From Candidatus Obscuribacteraceae bacterium (lineage in GTDB: Bacteria > Cyanobacteriota > Vampirovibrionia > Obscuribacterales > Obscuribacteraceae), in the NCBI GenBank assembly GCA_044229845.1, contig JBGASG010000004.1:64001-128000 (forward strand): a DNA stretch of 64,000 nucleotides, written 5' to 3'. This document shows, in pieces, positions 46,503 through 56,009 of the stretch (its first letter is position 1; every line of letters starts with the position of its first letter). The notes under the pieces were generated by a model. The model was given only the letters and a program-made list of their open reading frames with translations. It ran no database searches and was not told the DNA's origin. The position numbers and the translations under genes are program-made.

Positions 46503-49500
46503 CTAGGGATTGGGGACTGGATCTTTGCGCGCGTTGCGCACAAGAACCAGGATCAGGTTAGCGGCGAATCCAAATCCGACCAGCATCGCGATCCAGAAGA
46601 CGCAAGCCAACGCCATCTGCTGCATGAACATCGGACCGTAATCCATGCGGAAGCTGCCTTCTGGCGCGCCATGCATAGTTATAGTGCCGGCTGTCGGCGC
46701 ATCCGCACTGGCGGTCGGACTGCTCGGTTCCTCATTGTTGAACCGGTCTGCGGCCGACTGACTCATCTGGTCGTACTTCAAGTTGCCATCTTTGAACTGC
46801 AGTGAACGATCGCCGTTGTAGGCTTTTTCAGTTTCCTTCTTGCTCTCCATCAGCTTATCGTCGGCGGTGGCTTTCGCAGCGCTCGTTTTCTGTCTATACA
46901 ACAGCTTGGCGTTGAGCGATTCACCAGATTCACGCTCATCACGAACAATGACGCCACCCGGTCCGATAGTGCCGTTGGTTGCACCTTGCAGTTCCGGAGC
47001 CTGTTGCTGCCCAGACAGTGGAGTGCTGTAGCTTGTGGTGTAATTTGATGAATTAGCTCCACCCGTTGTGATATCGGCTGTGCCGAAAACATCTCCGCCA
47101 CCACTACCGCCACCGCCGGCAACGACGGGTCCGCTAAAGTTGGGTACTGCCGGTACGCCCGCATCTTGTGCACCCCGCCAGGTGTTCGGCGCAAAGTTAA
47201 AGCGGTTTCCTGACTGCGGCAATGGTGTCACTCTCCCCTGAACGCGCAGGCGCATGTTTCCAGGGACAGGAGCGGGCGCCGCAGTCGGCATGCCGGCCAT
47301 CGGTTTGTTGGCGGCAGTCTGTCCACCGCGCCCAGCCCAATCGAGCAGTGCGTCATCTTGTGAAGAAGAGGATTCGCCCCCACCAGTGGTGGCACCAGCT
47401 TCGCCCTCGTCGACAGAGGCGTACCCCCCGCCGTACCCAGGAGCGATCTGCGAGGTCTGCGTGCGCTGAGCCAGCTCTTCCTGCCGCTCGGCAACCGGCG
47501 CGGGTGCAGCAAACTCGATGTCCGTAACCTGCTGCTTGCTTTGATTGACGTTGAGTCGATTCAAGTCGCTAGTGATTTTGCTAAATGCTTGATCGACGAA
47601 GGCCTGCAAGTTCAAATTTGCCAGCCACTGGTCCACAACGGGCAGCGGCGCAGTAATCTCGCCAGCCAACTGCGGAATGTCTTCAACGACGATGGCGCTG
47701 GTTGCCGGTGTGATCAGGTGATAGTGCAGTGCTATGGCACCAGCCCCTCGCTGCTCAGCACGATTTGGCGAACCGGAGTGCCGCAGCACACTGTCGTATG
47801 CCATCAGTTGAGCCAATTCCGGCAGAGTCTTCTGAGCGGTATCACCCTCGATGCGCGTGCCGAGGAACTCGTACTCATCGGCGGCATTGACCTTGCTGGT
47901 CCATGTTGAGTAGAGATGCTTCAGGTCACTGCTGATGGAACCGGTGGGCGCCACTGTGATCAAGCTCGGGCAGCTATCGGCAAACGCCAGAAACTCATTG
48001 GGACCGGGCGCCACCTGCAAGTCATATAGGGCAGGCTGCACGCCCGCTTGTTGCAGGAAATATTTGACCCCACTTGTGCCATCGTCGCCGGCGCTGGGCT
48101 GGGCACCGTGTATCCACAGCACTTGGGTCCCCGGCTTAGCCTTGCTGCGTGCCAGTGCGCGCACAACGATGCTGTCGTCTTGACCGCCTACGGGCTGGTA
48201 CTCTACGAGCGTCTGCATAGCCTGCTTGAACGCTGCATCCGCAGGTTTCGTGCCGGCTTTGCAAAGAAACTGGTCTCTGTCCGAAACCAACACTACTTCA
48301 GTGGGCACCGTGGGCGGTAGCGCCTTCAAACCTTCCACGATGTCAGCCATCCGCCCGCGCATCTGCAACGAGCCGTCGATGACTACGATCAACTGTGCAG
48401 GCGTTTGATGCTGCTCGGGGCGAATCAACCGTTTCACGACCGAGTTCATATCGGTCCAACTATCATTACTAAAGACGCTTTTGCACTCTGCATTACGTTG
48501 CAAGCGCAGCACCGCATCAAAACGAGACAGCTGCTTGTCCCCATTTTCTCCCACTGAGGTCAGCGCATGCGAGCCCTTGCCCGTGCTCAGTCCATCAATT
48601 TGCAGAGGCGCGTCAGCCTGGAAATTCTTCTCCGAGAAACTCGGCAACACCAGGGTCGCCTGGCTTTGATCAATTCCCAGTGTCGCCGGCGCAACGATCT
48701 TCAAAGACACACTGATGTTGCTGCCGTGACGTATCGGATAGCATTGGACGAGCACTTGATCGTTGCCGCAAACACTGACCAGCAATGGATTCTTCCTGGC
48801 TTTAACAGCTGCCGTATAGGTCTCGCGCGCTTCCTGGCGCTCTTGAATTATCGCTTCGTGGGCAACGCCATCAACAGTCATGACGGCTTTGGTTACTACA
48901 GCGCCCGGTGGCAAAAGAATTTTGCAGCGAGCTTCGCGATCATATGTAGATGAGTTTTGGAATCCGAATGTCCAGTCCATCACCGCCAGTAGTGCATCAG
49001 CATCTACCGTTCCAGTCAATTTCGATGAAGAAACGGCAAGCCCACGGGCGTTGCCGCTCACTGTTTCTCCAGCGATGTCGGCGTCATAATCGAAGTCGTC
49101 TTGAACACCAGCGTTGAGGTCGGCAGGATCATCGACCAGCGAAGTGTTTTTGATCGTAGCCCGTGCCGAGGCAGGAATCGGTACTGAGTTGAACGGCTTG
49201 CCGGTGACTTTATAGAAGATGCTGCGCGCTTCCGGCATCGAGACTGGATGTACGTGTTCGGCAATCGAGCCGAGAATATCGGTGGCGCGCCCCGAGCGTT
49301 CATAACACGCACGCAGCATTACTTCCTGGCTGCCGTATTTCCTCAGCCAGCTGATTGCCGCCTGCGACTTGGCGCTGTTGTTTGCGTCGGCGGCTTCGCC
49401 CAGATAGACGCGTGTCAGCGTGGATGGCAGTTCAATCGCCACCACCATAATCAAGATCACCAGGTGACCGATGTGTTCCATCTGGTGGGCATCGAAGAAT

Positions 49501-49991
49501 GTGCGGCGGTCGGCAGAGAGCGAACAGACCGATTTGCCTGCCAGCCATGAACACGGCAGGGACAGCAAAGGTGCAAAAGCCAACAGCCCGAAGCCGAGGA
49601 AAAGAATGCCCAGGCAAGCGGTTCCGGAGATGGGCAAAAACATCAATGTATAGAGGCACCCGATGCCCAACGCCATGCCATTGCCGAGCGCAATAAATAG
49701 ATAGAAAGCCGATAGGTCACGACGGCTGGCCAGCCACGTCATGAAATTGGTCAACGGAATGAGCAAGAACAGCAGTATATGAGCCGTTGAAGGAAACGGA
49801 TCGAAGAAGTGCTGGGCGCAGTAATGCGTTGTGGTCTCAAAAATCAGCGCCAACAGGGGCAGGATTACCCCGAAAAAGAAAAAGAAGATGCCGGGTTTGC
49901 GCGCCGGTCCATGTTTCTTGCCCTCAGCAGCAGCTACTGCCGGCAGACTGGCGGGGACTTGCTCGGATTGGGGCGCGTTTGCTGCCGTCAC
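46503..49991 (-). CDS. multi-TM VIT/vWA-like protein with long disordered tail and C-terminal TM
   Basis: EARCKILLP..KNPLLV, VVIDGS, WIHGAQP, LITPATSAIV; GTG start. Confidence 0.82.
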   Translation of the reverse strand: MTAANAPQSEQVPASLPAVAAAEGKKHGPARKPGIFFFFFGVILPLLALIFETTTHYCAQHFFDPFPSTAHILLFLLIPLTNFMTWLASRRDLSAFYLFIALGNGMALGIGCLYTLMFLPISGTACLGILFLGFGLLAFAPLLSLPCSWLAGKSVCSLSADRRTFFDAHQMEHIGHLVILIMVVAIELPSTLTRVYLGEAADANNSAKSQAAISWLRKYGSQEVMLRACYERSGRATDILGSIAEHVHPVSMPEARSIFYKVTGKPFNSVPIPASARATIKNTSLVDDPADLNAGVQDDFDYDADIAGETVSGNARGLAVSSSKLTGTVDADALLAVMDWTFGFQNSSTYDREARCKILLPPGAVVTKAVMTVDGVAHEAIIQERQEARETYTAAVKARKNPLLVSVCGNDQVLVQCYPIRHGSNISVSLKIVAPATLGIDQSQATLVLPSFSEKNFQADAPLQIDGLSTGKGSHALTSVGENGDKQLSRFDAVLRLQRNAECKSVFSNDSWTDMNSVVKRLIRPEQHQTPAQLIVVIDGSLQMRGRMADIVEGLKALPPTVPTEVVLVSDRDQFLCKAGTKPADAAFKQAMQTLVEYQPVGGQDDSIVVRALARSKAKPGTQVLWIHGAQPSAGDDGTSGVKYFLQQAGVQPALYDLQVAPGPNEFLAFADSCPSLITVAPTGSISSDLKHLYSTWTSKVNAADEYEFLGTRIEGDTAQKTLPELAQLMAYDSVLRHSGSPNRAEQRGAGAIALHYHLITPATSAIVVEDIPQLAGEITAPLPVVDQWLANLNLQAFVDQAFSKITSDLNRLNVNQSKQQVTDIEFAAPAPVAERQEELAQRTQTSQIAPGYGGGYASVDEGEAGATTGGGESSSSQDDALLDWAGRGGQTAANKPMAGMPTAAPAPVPGNMRLRVQGRVTPLPQSGNRFNFAPNTWRGAQDAGVPAVPNFSGPVVAGGGGSGGGDVFGTADITTGGANSSNYTTSYSTPLSGQQQAPELQGATNGTIGPGGVIVRDERESGESLNAKLLYRQKTSAAKATADDKLMESKKETEKAYNGDRSLQFKDGNLKYDQMSQSAADRFNNEEPSSPTASADAPTAGTITMHGAPEGSFRMDYGPMFMQQMALACVFWIAMLVGFGFAANLILVLVRNARKDPVPNP

Positions 49992-50128
49992 AAAAGCTCT
50001 CCTGCTGGCAATTTCCGGTAACTGGGTACAACTGAGAGTGGCTGATTAGCAGCCTAACTGAAAATCGGCATGCGGATAAGCGGGTTTTTCAGGTGTTTCA
50101 TCCAATATTCCCCGTGTAGATTGGGCTT

Positions 50129-50737
50129 ATGTTTGAGATTGTCGGCGGCATTCTAGTTTTACTGCTCACCGTCCTGTTCTCCGGAATCAAGGCGGTGAAG
50201 GACTCCAGCGCGCTGGTCATCTATAGATGCGGCAAGATTTCGCGCTGCGTGGGTCCGGGACTGCAATTCGTCTTCCCGCTCATCGAGAAATCGGAGTCAT
50301 TCGACACCCGCATAGTCACACTGCCACTAGAGCATCTCTCAGAAATCACGATGGACAACTATCCGGTCAACATATCGGCCGTTTGTTTCTATCAGATCGC
50401 CGACCCAAAGCGGTGTGCCGCCAAGGTCCAGGACGTCGCAGCGGCAGTCCAGCAAGCTTGCGAAATATCGATGCGGACCATGGTCGGGCAACACGATGTG
50501 CGCCACCTCCTTTCGGACAAGGTGCGCATCAACTTCACGCTCAAGACAATTCTGGAGCGGCGTCTGCGTGAATTCGGAGTACGCGTTTCATCAATCGAAG
50601 TGAAGGAAGTGCAACTGACCACCGAAGGATGGAAAGCAATCGCCGCCGATCCTAAGGGTCAAAATGGCAACGGCATGAAACTGGCACAGGCCGCCGAAGA
50701 GTCTTTGCTCCGTATGGACCCGTTGCGCGACGACTAA
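50129..50737 (+). CDS. SPFH/band 7 (stomatin-like) protein
   Basis: N-terminal TM, GPGLQFVFPLIE, ITMDN, GVRVSSIEVKE. Confidence 0.88.
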   Translation: MFEIVGGILVLLLTVLFSGIKAVKDSSALVIYRCGKISRCVGPGLQFVFPLIEKSESFDTRIVTLPLEHLSEITMDNYPVNISAVCFYQIADPKRCAAKVQDVAAAVQQACEISMRTMVGQHDVRHLLSDKVRINFTLKTILERRLREFGVRVSSIEVKEVQLTTEGWKAIAADPKGQNGNGMKLAQAAEESLLRMDPLRDD

Positions 50738-50824
50738 GAAAGTACGTGAGTGCGTACCGGATGCGGCTGCGCATGCGTATGAATGCACATTACTATCTGG
50801 CGGTGCCAATGCCAAGATGGGGGC

Positions 50825-52438
50825 ATGCCACCAGAAACACCACCTGACAGAAATCCATCCGCCGCAATTGACGATCAGTTAAATCCGCTGCGCAACCTGG
50901 TGCAGGCATACGGACAGCTTGCCGGACTGGACACCAACGGCAACGGTTTTCTCAGCCGCAGAGAACTCGACCGCGGCATAGCCGACCCGCGCTTCCAGGG
51001 CGATGAAGCGGCTGCCCTTGCCACTCTGCAGCGGCACCGCGGAGACATCAAGAAACTGCACCAGGATGGTGCGAACGAAATCACCGGGCTCAGCCGCGCC
51101 GATGTGCTGGAGCTCGCGCGCTTCTCACGGCTGGAAGCCATGCGATTGATTGCGGCAGGCGTGCCGATATTCCGCTCGTTCGACCGGGATGGCAGCGGCA
51201 ATTTGAGCCGTGAAGAACTGCGCACCGCGGCAAGAAACCTGCAAGACGGCGCCACCAAAGATGCCGTTCAGCAAATGCTCGACGACTTCGCGATTATCTC
51301 CGAGAACGGCGATAACATCACGTCCGCGCAGGTGCAGGACTATGTGGCGCGCCGAATGACGGCAGAGCAGCAGAGAACGACCACAGCTGTTGCCGGCAGT
51401 ATGCGGGAAGCGCAAACCGCAATTCGAGAGCAAGACCCCAGGTTATTCCGGGATGCACTGTCTCCATTCATGGCGATTCGCGGCGACTTGCTCCGGCAGG
51501 GGCGCGCCGGCGACTGCTGGCTGCTGTCGGCAGTTTCTTCCTACGCGCAGCAAAATCCGTGGGCCATTCCAAGAATGATCACGCGCAATGAAAACGGCAC
51601 GCTGACGGTGAATTTTCCTTTCAGGACTCCCGATGGCCAGCCCATTTCGGCGACGGTACAGCCGCCTACACAGGCAGAGATTGCCCGGTTCGCAAACAAC
51701 GGTTCTGCTGGAACATGGCTGCCGGTGATTGAGAAAGCGATCGGGCAATACTTCAAGGATCATCCGGAACAGCGCCGTCCGCTGACGGGGGTCGATCCAC
51801 CGCGACGCAATCATCTGTTGCCGCAGGATCACTTGCACGGCGCGGCCAATGCGTTCGCAACCAGCCTGGTATCAGGCGAAGCGGCGGCAACCGTGAGCCT
51901 GTCCACGCTCAACGACGACCAGTTGGATGCCATGTTGAGGTCGAACTTCCGCAATCCGTTGACGGCAATTTCTGATAGCAACTGGCCCAGACCGGTCGGC
52001 ACCGCCGTGCGTCAGCCAGGCAGAGTGAGGGCCGGCGCTCCAGGGGAGCCAATCAGAGAGCCGGATAACGCACCGCCGGATAGGGAGCCGGAACGGGAAC
52101 GAGAGCCGGATCTCTTTCCTCCGCGCCCGGAGCCGCGCCCGCCGCGTCCGAACATGCCGGAAGACCCGGAGGATGATGGGGAAGGCGATGATGACGACGA
52201 TGAAACGAAATCAGACGCCCACGAATTCGCTATTCTCAATTACAATTCGATCGACCGAGTGGTCACAATTCGCAACCCATGGGGCAGCGGCGAGCTGACA
52301 GACCAGCAAGGCAGACCGCGCGATGGTACCGATGACGGTATCATGCGGCTGAGCCTGGCGGAGTTCCGCGCTTACTTCACTGACTTGTCCGGTCCGGCTG
52401 TGGCGGAGTATCGCCGCCGTGCAGCACGACGCCCTTGA
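50825..52438 (+). CDS. EF-hand + calpain-like (C2) cysteine protease
   Basis: EF-hands DTNGNGFLSRRE and DRDGSGNLSREE; QGRAGDCWLLSA, IEKA, AHEFAI, RNPWG. Confidence 0.85.
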   Translation: MPPETPPDRNPSAAIDDQLNPLRNLVQAYGQLAGLDTNGNGFLSRRELDRGIADPRFQGDEAAALATLQRHRGDIKKLHQDGANEITGLSRADVLELARFSRLEAMRLIAAGVPIFRSFDRDGSGNLSREELRTAARNLQDGATKDAVQQMLDDFAIISENGDNITSAQVQDYVARRMTAEQQRTTTAVAGSMREAQTAIREQDPRLFRDALSPFMAIRGDLLRQGRAGDCWLLSAVSSYAQQNPWAIPRMITRNENGTLTVNFPFRTPDGQPISATVQPPTQAEIARFANNGSAGTWLPVIEKAIGQYFKDHPEQRRPLTGVDPPRRNHLLPQDHLHGAANAFATSLVSGEAAATVSLSTLNDDQLDAMLRSNFRNPLTAISDSNWPRPVGTAVRQPGRVRAGAPGEPIREPDNAPPDREPEREREPDLFPPRPEPRPPRPNMPEDPEDDGEGDDDDDETKSDAHEFAILNYNSIDRVVTIRNPWGSGELTDQQGRPRDGTDDGIMRLSLAEFRAYFTDLSGPAVAEYRRRAARRP

Positions 52439-52460
52439 TCGACACCGCCTGCAGTGCCAG

Positions 52461-53051
52461 TTATTTGAAGCCCTTGATGGCATCGAGAATCGGCTTCGTG
52501 ACTTCCGGATCGAATGATTCGTGCTCAGGCTCCAGCTCTTGAATCATCAAGGCTTTGCCGCCCGGCAAAATGACTACGCCCATTTCCATTTGCGCAACTT
52601 TGCCTTTGCTGGTCATCTTGCCGCGCAGGTAGGGCATGTCTTTGCCGCCGACTACGCGTGTGCCCTGCGACTCCTTCTCGAACTTGCCTTTCGTGCTGGA
52701 TCCGGGGGTGTCAAAGTTGGCGCCGGCCGAGTCGATAATCTGTTCTGCGGTTTGATTTTTGGAGTTGGGCACTTCAATCAGTTGCACGATAGCGGTGCCT
52801 TCCGCATTTTTGATCGAGCACATCTTTGCAAAGCCCATATTCATGCCCATCAGATATTCCCATCCTGAAGGCAGCGGGTCGGAAATATCAACCAGCTCCT
52901 GAGCGACCTTAGATGCGTTGCCGGGCTTGACCGCATCCATCGCCATGTTGACGCCAAAGATGCACAGTCCCACAAAGCCCACAATGCCGACAACGATCAC
53001 GACCAGCAATACCTTGAGCCACCCGGGCACAGCCCCTCTTTGCGAACGCAT
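52461..53051 (-). CDS. membrane-anchored hypothetical protein
   Basis: ATG 53051 with AGGGAG RBS; MRSQRG then a long hydrophobic helix. Confidence 0.7.
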   Translation of the reverse strand: MRSQRGAVPGWLKVLLVVIVVGIVGFVGLCIFGVNMAMDAVKPGNASKVAQELVDISDPLPSGWEYLMGMNMGFAKMCSIKNAEGTAIVQLIEVPNSKNQTAEQIIDSAGANFDTPGSSTKGKFEKESQGTRVVGGKDMPYLRGKMTSKGKVAQMEMGVVILPGGKALMIQELEPEHESFDPEVTKPILDAIKGFK

Positions 53052-53126
53052 AGACAACACTCCCTTTGCCGAAAGTCCAATTGTAAACGATGGAGAGCGT
53101 TGACCAGCCGCCCTGGGCATAAAGTA

Positions 53127-55463
53127 ATGGCTCCTTCCGTAGCGCTCTTGATGACCGAGCAGATAAACGCTGAGGTAGAACAACAGAAGACCCTGTCAGC
53201 AAGCTTTAACGAGCTTGCCAAACTGTTTTGCGCCCAGCAGAAGTACGAAGAAGCAGAGGCTCTATATTCGCGAGCGTTGACCGTCGAAGAGAAAGCACTG
53301 GGTGAGGATCACCCGGGTCTGATTCCAAGCATCTCGCGCCTGGCAATCGTTTACAGGATTCAAGAAAAGTTCGATGCCGCGGAACCGCTTTATGTTCGGG
53401 CGCTGGAGCTGGCGCGAAAACATTACGGACCGGACGACCTGCGCACCGCCCAACGGCTTAACTATCTTGCCGGACTGGCTAACGGGCGGCGAGATTTCGC
53501 CCGCGCCGAAGAACTCATCCGTCAGTCGCTGGTCATCTACGACAAGCGGCTCGGCAGCCAGCACCGCACCGTCGGTCTTGCTTATCTGTCGCTGGCACTG
53601 GTAAAGCAGCGCACCGGCGATGTCAAAGTAGCCGACCAGTTTTTCGACCGTTTCATCTACATCGTCCGCCAGACTTCCGACGCGACCGATCAGGTGCTGC
53701 ATCTGGCTGAGATCTTCTACAAACAGAGTCGCTTCGATGACGCCGAGCTGTTGTTCCGCTATTGCTTGTTGTTGGGAGAAGAAGAGATCTGGCCCGACCA
53801 TCCGTTTGTCGCTAGCGCTCTCAATGGACTGGCGCGGTGGCACGTCGCCCAGGGGCAATACGACCTGGCAGCGCCGCTCTATACGCGCGTCCTGAAAATC
53901 ACCGAAAACATCGTCGGCGAAAAACATTCATCTCTGGAACCAATCTTGAAGAACTGCGCGATAGCGCTCTACCACTGCGATCAGTCGGAAGAAGCGGTGA
54001 AAATGGAGAAGCGCGCGGCAGACATTCGCGCGGAGCAAGAGTTGCCCACCGACGTTGCCACCGTCATTGGTGAAAAATATCAGATCATCAAAATGCTCGG
54101 CAAGGGCGGCATGAGCACTGTCTATCAGGCTCGCCACCAGCTCACCAATAAAGTGGTGGCGGTAAAAATGCTGAACGTCGATTTGCTGGAAGACAAAAAT
54201 AGTTTCCGCCGTTTCCACCTGGAAGCAAAAGCTTCAGCAGCGCTCAATCACCCCAATGTGGTTGCAGTCCATGACTTCGGCAGCACGCCGGAAGGCATTC
54301 CTTATATCGTCATGGATTACCTGGACGGCAACGACCTCAAGGTTCGCATCAAAGAAGCTGTGCCGGTTTCCTTCAATCAAGCAGTGAAAATATTTATTCA
54401 ATGCTGCGATGCTCTGGCGACTGCGCACGAAGCAGGTGTGGTGCACCGCGATCTAAAACCGGGCAACATCATGCTGGTTACACAAAATCGCGAAGTCGAT
54501 GTCGTCAAAATCGTCGACCTCGGAATTGCAAAACTCCTGCCTCTATCAGGAGTGGACGTTTTCGATCTGACGCAGTCGGGACAGGTCTTCGGCAGTCCGA
54601 CGTACATGAGTCCGGAGCAAGCGCGCGGCGACCTGGTCGACCATCGCTCAGACATTTACTCGCTGGGTTGCGTCATGTATGAGTTGTTGACGGGGCGTCC
54701 GCCGTTTCAGGGCACCAACGCACTGGCGGTCTTGCACAAGCATTTGAGCGAAGAAGCTACGCCAATGGCTCAAGTTGGGATGCGCACCGCCAACGCAGAC
54801 TTGCTTGATCCCCTGGTCCTGCGCTGCCTGGCGAAGGAACCCGCCAAGCGCTATCAGTCAATGCTCGAACTCAAACAGGATCTGGAGCAGCTCAATCCGA
54901 GCGCGCCCAGATCATCATCAGTTTCCGGCACCGCCACCACCAGGACCGAAACCGCAGCCAATGCGGATGCCGGCGGAGCCATGTCCGATTGGCGAGTCAA
55001 AGCGGGCTTGGCTGCGGTCGCCGCCGGGTGCGCGCTGGCCGCGGTCGCCACGTATTGGCAAATGACCTCCGCACAGAGAACCACTGCGGCACCGCAAGTG
55101 CAGTCCAGCACTACCACAGTCGCCCCATCAATAGTCGCGCAAACAGCACCGGTGCAAGAAACTCCCCAAGCGTCCCCGCCAGAGGAAACCGGCAAGGGCG
55201 GCGGCGCTAGCGACAACGCGGAGCAAACGGCCGAGTCGCGGATCACTCGCATAGCCACGCTGGCCGCCGAGTGTCATGCCAACGGTCAGTGCAATGAAGC
55301 CGAGGGCTATTTCAAGGAAGCGCTGGCCATCTCCGAAAAAGTGTTTGGCAAAAACAGTCCCAAGACCCGAGAGCGAGTGCGCGAACTAGCTCTCTTCTAT
55401 GAAAGTATGGGCGAGCAGGACAAGGCGCAACCGTTCCGGGACCGTTATCTGAAGATGAAATAA
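53127..55463 (+). CDS. TPR-Ser/Thr kinase-TM-TPR protein
   Basis: N-terminal KLC-type TPRs; GKGGMS, HRDLKPGN, DLGIA, GSPTYMSPE; start uncertain (53127 or 53151). Confidence 0.92.
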   Translation: MAPSVALLMTEQINAEVEQQKTLSASFNELAKLFCAQQKYEEAEALYSRALTVEEKALGEDHPGLIPSISRLAIVYRIQEKFDAAEPLYVRALELARKHYGPDDLRTAQRLNYLAGLANGRRDFARAEELIRQSLVIYDKRLGSQHRTVGLAYLSLALVKQRTGDVKVADQFFDRFIYIVRQTSDATDQVLHLAEIFYKQSRFDDAELLFRYCLLLGEEEIWPDHPFVASALNGLARWHVAQGQYDLAAPLYTRVLKITENIVGEKHSSLEPILKNCAIALYHCDQSEEAVKMEKRAADIRAEQELPTDVATVIGEKYQIIKMLGKGGMSTVYQARHQLTNKVVAVKMLNVDLLEDKNSFRRFHLEAKASAALNHPNVVAVHDFGSTPEGIPYIVMDYLDGNDLKVRIKEAVPVSFNQAVKIFIQCCDALATAHEAGVVHRDLKPGNIMLVTQNREVDVVKIVDLGIAKLLPLSGVDVFDLTQSGQVFGSPTYMSPEQARGDLVDHRSDIYSLGCVMYELLTGRPPFQGTNALAVLHKHLSEEATPMAQVGMRTANADLLDPLVLRCLAKEPAKRYQSMLELKQDLEQLNPSAPRSSSVSGTATTRTETAANADAGGAMSDWRVKAGLAAVAAGCALAAVATYWQMTSAQRTTAAPQVQSSTTTVAPSIVAQTAPVQETPQASPPEETGKGGGASDNAEQTAESRITRIATLAAECHANGQCNEAEGYFKEALAISEKVFGKNSPKTRERVRELALFYESMGEQDKAQPFRDRYLKMK

Positions 55464-55468
55464 GTCAT

Positions 55469-55509
55469 TTCACGAAAATTCCACGAACGTTTCACGAATC
55501 TGCCACGCT
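55469..55509 (+). promoter_or_regulatory. four CACG direct repeats at 11-bp period (OmpR/PhoB-type box)
   Basis: CACG at 55471, 55482, 55493, 55504. Confidence 0.6.
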
Positions 55510-55601
55510 TGTCTCCTATGCTGCAAAAGTTCCCGCCGCTTTACTAAATGCAGCTTTTTGCATCCGTCCGGTTACTTCCCTTTTGGGTTTTACTATGGCC
55601 G

Positions 55602-55970
55602 TAGATAAGAGCATTCCAGTCATGGAAGGTGCTGAAGCACGTGTCAAGCCTGCCGGCGACGGTGGCGTGACTCTGGGTGCCAACGCACTATCCGATCCCA
55701 CCGCCGGCGATCACATCGTCGGGATGAAACCCCACCACTCCGCAGCGAGTGGAACCGGCGCAGGGCAACCAACATAACGAGCGGGCAGCAAGGACACATG
55801 CCGAACAACGAGACATCGCAGCCCGTGGAAGTAAAAGAAGACGTTCCGATGTCCTGATCTGTTCAACGCAACGTCGATCAAGCAACGTCGATCAACAAAG
55901 ACTTAGTAGAAGGTTCAGCGTAGACAATAAGGACCCCTCGAATTAAGAACTCGAGGGGTCCTTTGTTTTT
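55602..55970 (+). ncRNA. candidate structured RNA (~370 nt) containing a 19-codon ORF
   Basis: TACTAT at 55591; multiple nested stems; terminator at the 3' end; downstream gene is convergent. Confidence 0.45.
55929..55970 (+). terminator. intrinsic terminator, possibly bidirectional
   Basis: AAGGACCCCTCGA/TCGAGGGGTCCTT followed by TGTTTTT. Confidence 0.85.
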
Positions 55971-56009
55971 CACTCTCATTGTGGCCGTGTACACGGCAGT
56001 ATCACTGAC

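Noticed and set aside
45005..46503. IS or prophage boundaries around the RES TA locus
   Set aside because: No transposase or integrase, and no convincing flanking direct repeats.
55746..55762. T-box-like sequence GAGTGGAACCGGCG
   Set aside because: No proper Stem I/specifier arrangement, no adjacent antiterminator/terminator, and no downstream co-oriented amino-acid gene.
55602..55970. Possible RNase P, tmRNA, SRP or cobalamin/c-di-AMP riboswitch
   Set aside because: Diagnostic motifs (GAGGAAAGUCC, tRNA-like ends with CCA, SRP GGAA loop, B12 box) were not found on either strand.
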